DNA from: an uncultured delta proteobacterium | GTDB taxonomy: Bacteria; Myxococcota; UBA727; VGSZ01 | Direction of reading: 5' to 3' | DNA length: 64,000 nucleotides | Assembly: GCA_963775425.1 (NCBI GenBank) | Contig: CAVZJB010000011.1 | Span: forward strand, 352,001 to 416,000 | Shown: positions 61,701 to 64,000 of the stretch, in pieces | Position numbering within the stretch: the first letter of the stretch is position 1 | How the letters are laid out: every line of letters begins with the position of its first letter | Position numbers and translations under genes: made by a program | The notes under the pieces: generated by a model | Seen by the model: the letters and a program-made list of their open reading frames with translations, nothing else | Database searches by the model: none | Told to the model about the DNA's origin: nothing

Positions 61701-61731
61701 CGCCAAGGCCGAGGCCGCCAGGCTGGAGTGA
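58719..61731 (+). pseudogene. Membrane Ser/Thr kinase (kinase, GYF_2-like, TM, helical, TPR) split by a +1 frameshift near 59326; real lesion or sequencing error
   Basis: 58719 frame gives GGMGEV, HRDVSPQN, DFG, YMSPE; removing one base in gatcGaattc restores DQFSLGVVLWE and joins ORF 59344..61731. Confidence 0.8.
61198..61320. repeat. 9-bp coding repeat (DKT) x13 plus partial
   Basis: gacaagac(c/g) units with GKT at units 5 and 10. Confidence 0.93.
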
Positions 61732-61732
61732 C

Positions 61733-63094
61733 ATGCACGCAATCCTCGCGGCCGCGCTGATCCTCTCGGCGAGAACGCACGACAAGCCTCCCGTGGAAGG
61801 ACCGCCGAGCGATCTCGTGCGTGAGGTGGTGAAGAGCCTCGAGGCGTCGTCGGTCGAGCGCGTGTCCCTCGAGAAGTACGCGCGCTTCGGCCTCGACGCG
61901 CTCGCGCGCCACGACCCGTGCCTCAAGCGCGTCCCGGGCGGGGACAGCATCGCGCTCGTGTGCGGCGCCGAGAAGCTGTCGGCCCCGTGGCCGCCGCCCA
62001 ACAGCGACGCCGTGGCCATCCTGTTGTCGAACGCCATCCGGCTCGTCGACGAGGACCACGCCGTGCGCAGCGATCGCGAGCGCGCAGTGGCGCGCGGCCT
62101 CTCCCGCGCCGTCGACGATCCGTTCACCGCGTACCTGCCGCCGGAGATGGTGGCGGCGGTGACGTCGCACCAGACGGCGATGTTCGGCGCCACGCCCGGC
62201 GTCGAGGTCTGGCCGCGCGACCCCACCAAGGTGCGCGAGGTGCGCCGCGACTCCGACGCCGCGCGCGTCGGCATCGAGGCCGGCGACGTCATCCTCGCCA
62301 TCGACGACGCCAGCGCCTCCGACCTGACCTTCCCGGAGATCGCGGCCAAGCTTCAGGGCGCCAACGAGAGCGTCGTGCGCATCACCATGAAGACGGCCCA
62401 CGGCACCAGGCCGTTCACGGTGGCGCGCACCATGCTGCCCGAGAGCGACGTCGTCACGCGCCAGCTCGACAACGGCGTCCTCTACATCATGTTGCCCGTG
62501 TTCAAGCAGGGCATCGCCAAGAAGATCAAGCAGGTGCTTTGGGACGTGCGGCCGCGTGGCGTCATCCTCGACCTGCGGCACAACGGCGGCGGCCTCGTCC
62601 CCGAGGCCACGCAGCTCGCCGATCTCTTCATGAAGGACGGCGTCATCGCCGGCACGCGCGCGGGGCCGGGGCGCCCCACCGAGGACTACGTCGCGCATAG
62701 AGACGAAAACGACGTCGACAGCCCGCTCGTCGTGCTGATCGACGGCGGCACCGCGTCGGCGTCGGAGCTGTTCGCGATGGCGATGAAGGAGCGCAAGCGC
62801 GCCGTGGTGCTCGGCACGCAGACCGCGGGCAAGGGCAGCTTCCAGCGCCAGATCCACATGCCCGACGGCGGCGTCCTGCGCGTGACCGCCGGCTACTACG
62901 TCGGGCCGCTCGGGCACCGCCTCGACGACCACGGCGTCACCCCCGACCGCTTCCTGGCCCCCGCGCGCTCGAAGACCGTGTTCGAGGGCGGGGACGCGGC
63001 GAGCGACTCGTGGATCCTCAGCGCCCTCGACGCCCTCCAGGGCCAACGGCCCCCGCAGGGCATCATGGTCTCGGGCGCGGGCCCCGCCCCGTAG
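61733..63094 (+). CDS. S41 family C-terminal processing peptidase (PDZ + S41)
   Basis: DPFTAYL, GIEAGDVILAID, ILDLRHNGGG, TASASELFA, TAGKGS. Confidence 0.92.
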   Translation: MHAILAAALILSARTHDKPPVEGPPSDLVREVVKSLEASSVERVSLEKYARFGLDALARHDPCLKRVPGGDSIALVCGAEKLSAPWPPPNSDAVAILLSNAIRLVDEDHAVRSDRERAVARGLSRAVDDPFTAYLPPEMVAAVTSHQTAMFGATPGVEVWPRDPTKVREVRRDSDAARVGIEAGDVILAIDDASASDLTFPEIAAKLQGANESVVRITMKTAHGTRPFTVARTMLPESDVVTRQLDNGVLYIMLPVFKQGIAKKIKQVLWDVRPRGVILDLRHNGGGLVPEATQLADLFMKDGVIAGTRAGPGRPTEDYVAHRDENDVDSPLVVLIDGGTASASELFAMAMKERKRAVVLGTQTAGKGSFQRQIHMPDGGVLRVTAGYYVGPLGHRLDDHGVTPDRFLAPARSKTVFEGGDAASDSWILSALDALQGQRPPQGIMVSGAGPAP

Positions 63095-63222
63095 TCGCGA
63101 CGTCGCTGAGGTCGAGCGTCGCGCCGCACGGGTGCGCCGTCGTGCAGGTGCGCCCCGTCGCACGCTGACCGCTCGTTCCGCCGGGTGCGCCGGCATCGGT
63201 ACGCTTCCTCGAGGAGGTCGCC

Positions 63223-63696
63223 GTGTCCGCACGTCGCTGGCGGTGGGTGCACGTCATGTTCGTGGTCGGTGTCGTCGGCAAAGGCGTCGACGGCGTGCTC
63301 GAGGTCGTCGGCGGGGCGCTGCTCGCGTTCGCGACCTCCGCGCAGATCCAGCGGGTGGTGCACGTGCTGACGGGGCCCGAGCTGAGCGAAGACCCCACGG
63401 ACCTCCTCTCGCACGCGCTCCGTCGCGCGGCGGCGCACATCGACGTCGACATGAGGACGTTCGGTGCCATCTATCTGGTGAGCCACGGGGTGATCAAGAT
63501 CGGCCTCGTCGCCGCGCTCTTGAAGAAGCGCCGCTGGGCGTACCCCGGGGCGATGGCCGCGTTCGGGCTGTTCGTCGCGTATCAGCTCTACCGCTGGTCG
63601 CTGACGCACGGGGCGTGGCTGCTCGTGCTCAGCGCCCTCGACCTCGTCGTCATCGCGCTCACGTGGCTCGAGTACCGCCGGCTGCGCGACACGTGA
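63223..63696 (+). CDS. DUF2127-family membrane protein
   Basis: KGVDGVLEVVGG, ELSEDP.D, YLVSHGVIK, WAYP, YQLY, LTWLEY. Confidence 0.85.
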   Translation: MSARRWRWVHVMFVVGVVGKGVDGVLEVVGGALLAFATSAQIQRVVHVLTGPELSEDPTDLLSHALRRAAAHIDVDMRTFGAIYLVSHGVIKIGLVAALLKKRRWAYPGAMAAFGLFVAYQLYRWSLTHGAWLLVLSALDLVVIALTWLEYRRLRDT

Positions 63697-64000
63697 TCAC
63701 GGAAGCCACGAGCGGGCGCCCGCGCCCCACGCGAGGATCGCGCGCTCGAGCGGACCGGTCCTTTTGTGCAGCGCGCCGAGCATCGTCGACGATGTCGCCG
63801 ACAGCGCGTCCGCCCACGCGGTCCTCCCGGTGATGCGCGTGGCGGCGATGGCGAGCGCGGAGGCGCCGCTGCCCCAGCCGCCGACGATGGGGCCGCTGAC
63901 GGCGTCGGCCTTGCGCTTCACGCCGCGCGGCCACTCGCGGCACGCGGCCATGCCGAGGGAGAGCCCCACGGGCGAGGGATCGCCGCACATGTCGTCGACG
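63697..64000 (-). CDS. 3' part of a hypothetical protein starting beyond the window
   Basis: Frame open to the window edge; REWPRG...ADAVSGP..GG.G.GASA; stop abuts the DUF2127 stop (TGATCA). Confidence 0.55.
   Translation of the reverse strand, partial: VDDMCGDPSPVGLSLGMAACREWPRGVKRKADAVSGPIVGGWGSGASALAIAATRITGRTAWADALSATSSTMLGALHKRTGPLERAILAWGAGARSWLP

Noticed and set aside
58611-61760. 1049-aa ORF as a single real protein
   Set aside because: Only the first ~200 codons from 58719 are kinase; the rest is out-of-frame sequence after the frameshift

Overview
Very GC-rich bacterial DNA. Gene content (four Hanks-type kinases/pseudokinases, Cys-rich lipoproteins, Roadblock/MglB-like proteins, rpsP-khpA-rimM-trmD-SPOUT arrangement) suggests Myxococcota or a related deltaproteobacterial lineage (inference). 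About 55 genes, densely packed, many with ATGA/GTGA overlaps. No rRNA, tRNA, CRISPR array or transposase was recognised. Housekeeping genes: rpsP, khpA, rimM, trmD, rpoZ, rsmA, mutM, moeA. Most notable: (1) a 7-gene minus-strand operon DUF4388/PATAN-TPR, ParA/MinD ATPase, two Roadblock proteins, tandem V4R protein, small protein and Ser/Thr kinase, with no MglA GTPase in the visible part; (2) an orphan nuoJKLMN-like cluster that appears to have lost nearly all proton-pumping charged residues, with two mini-ORFs bridging gene junctions; (3) a Mesh1/SpoT-type HD hydrolase fused to ThiE, next to a HAD 3'-phosphatase; (4) five lipoproteins sharing an N-terminal 4-Cys motif and low-complexity linkers; (5) a 29-bp tandem and dispersed repeat at gene 3' ends; (6) a structured intergenic region where rplS would normally be. 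All domain calls are by eye from motifs; no database searches were run.
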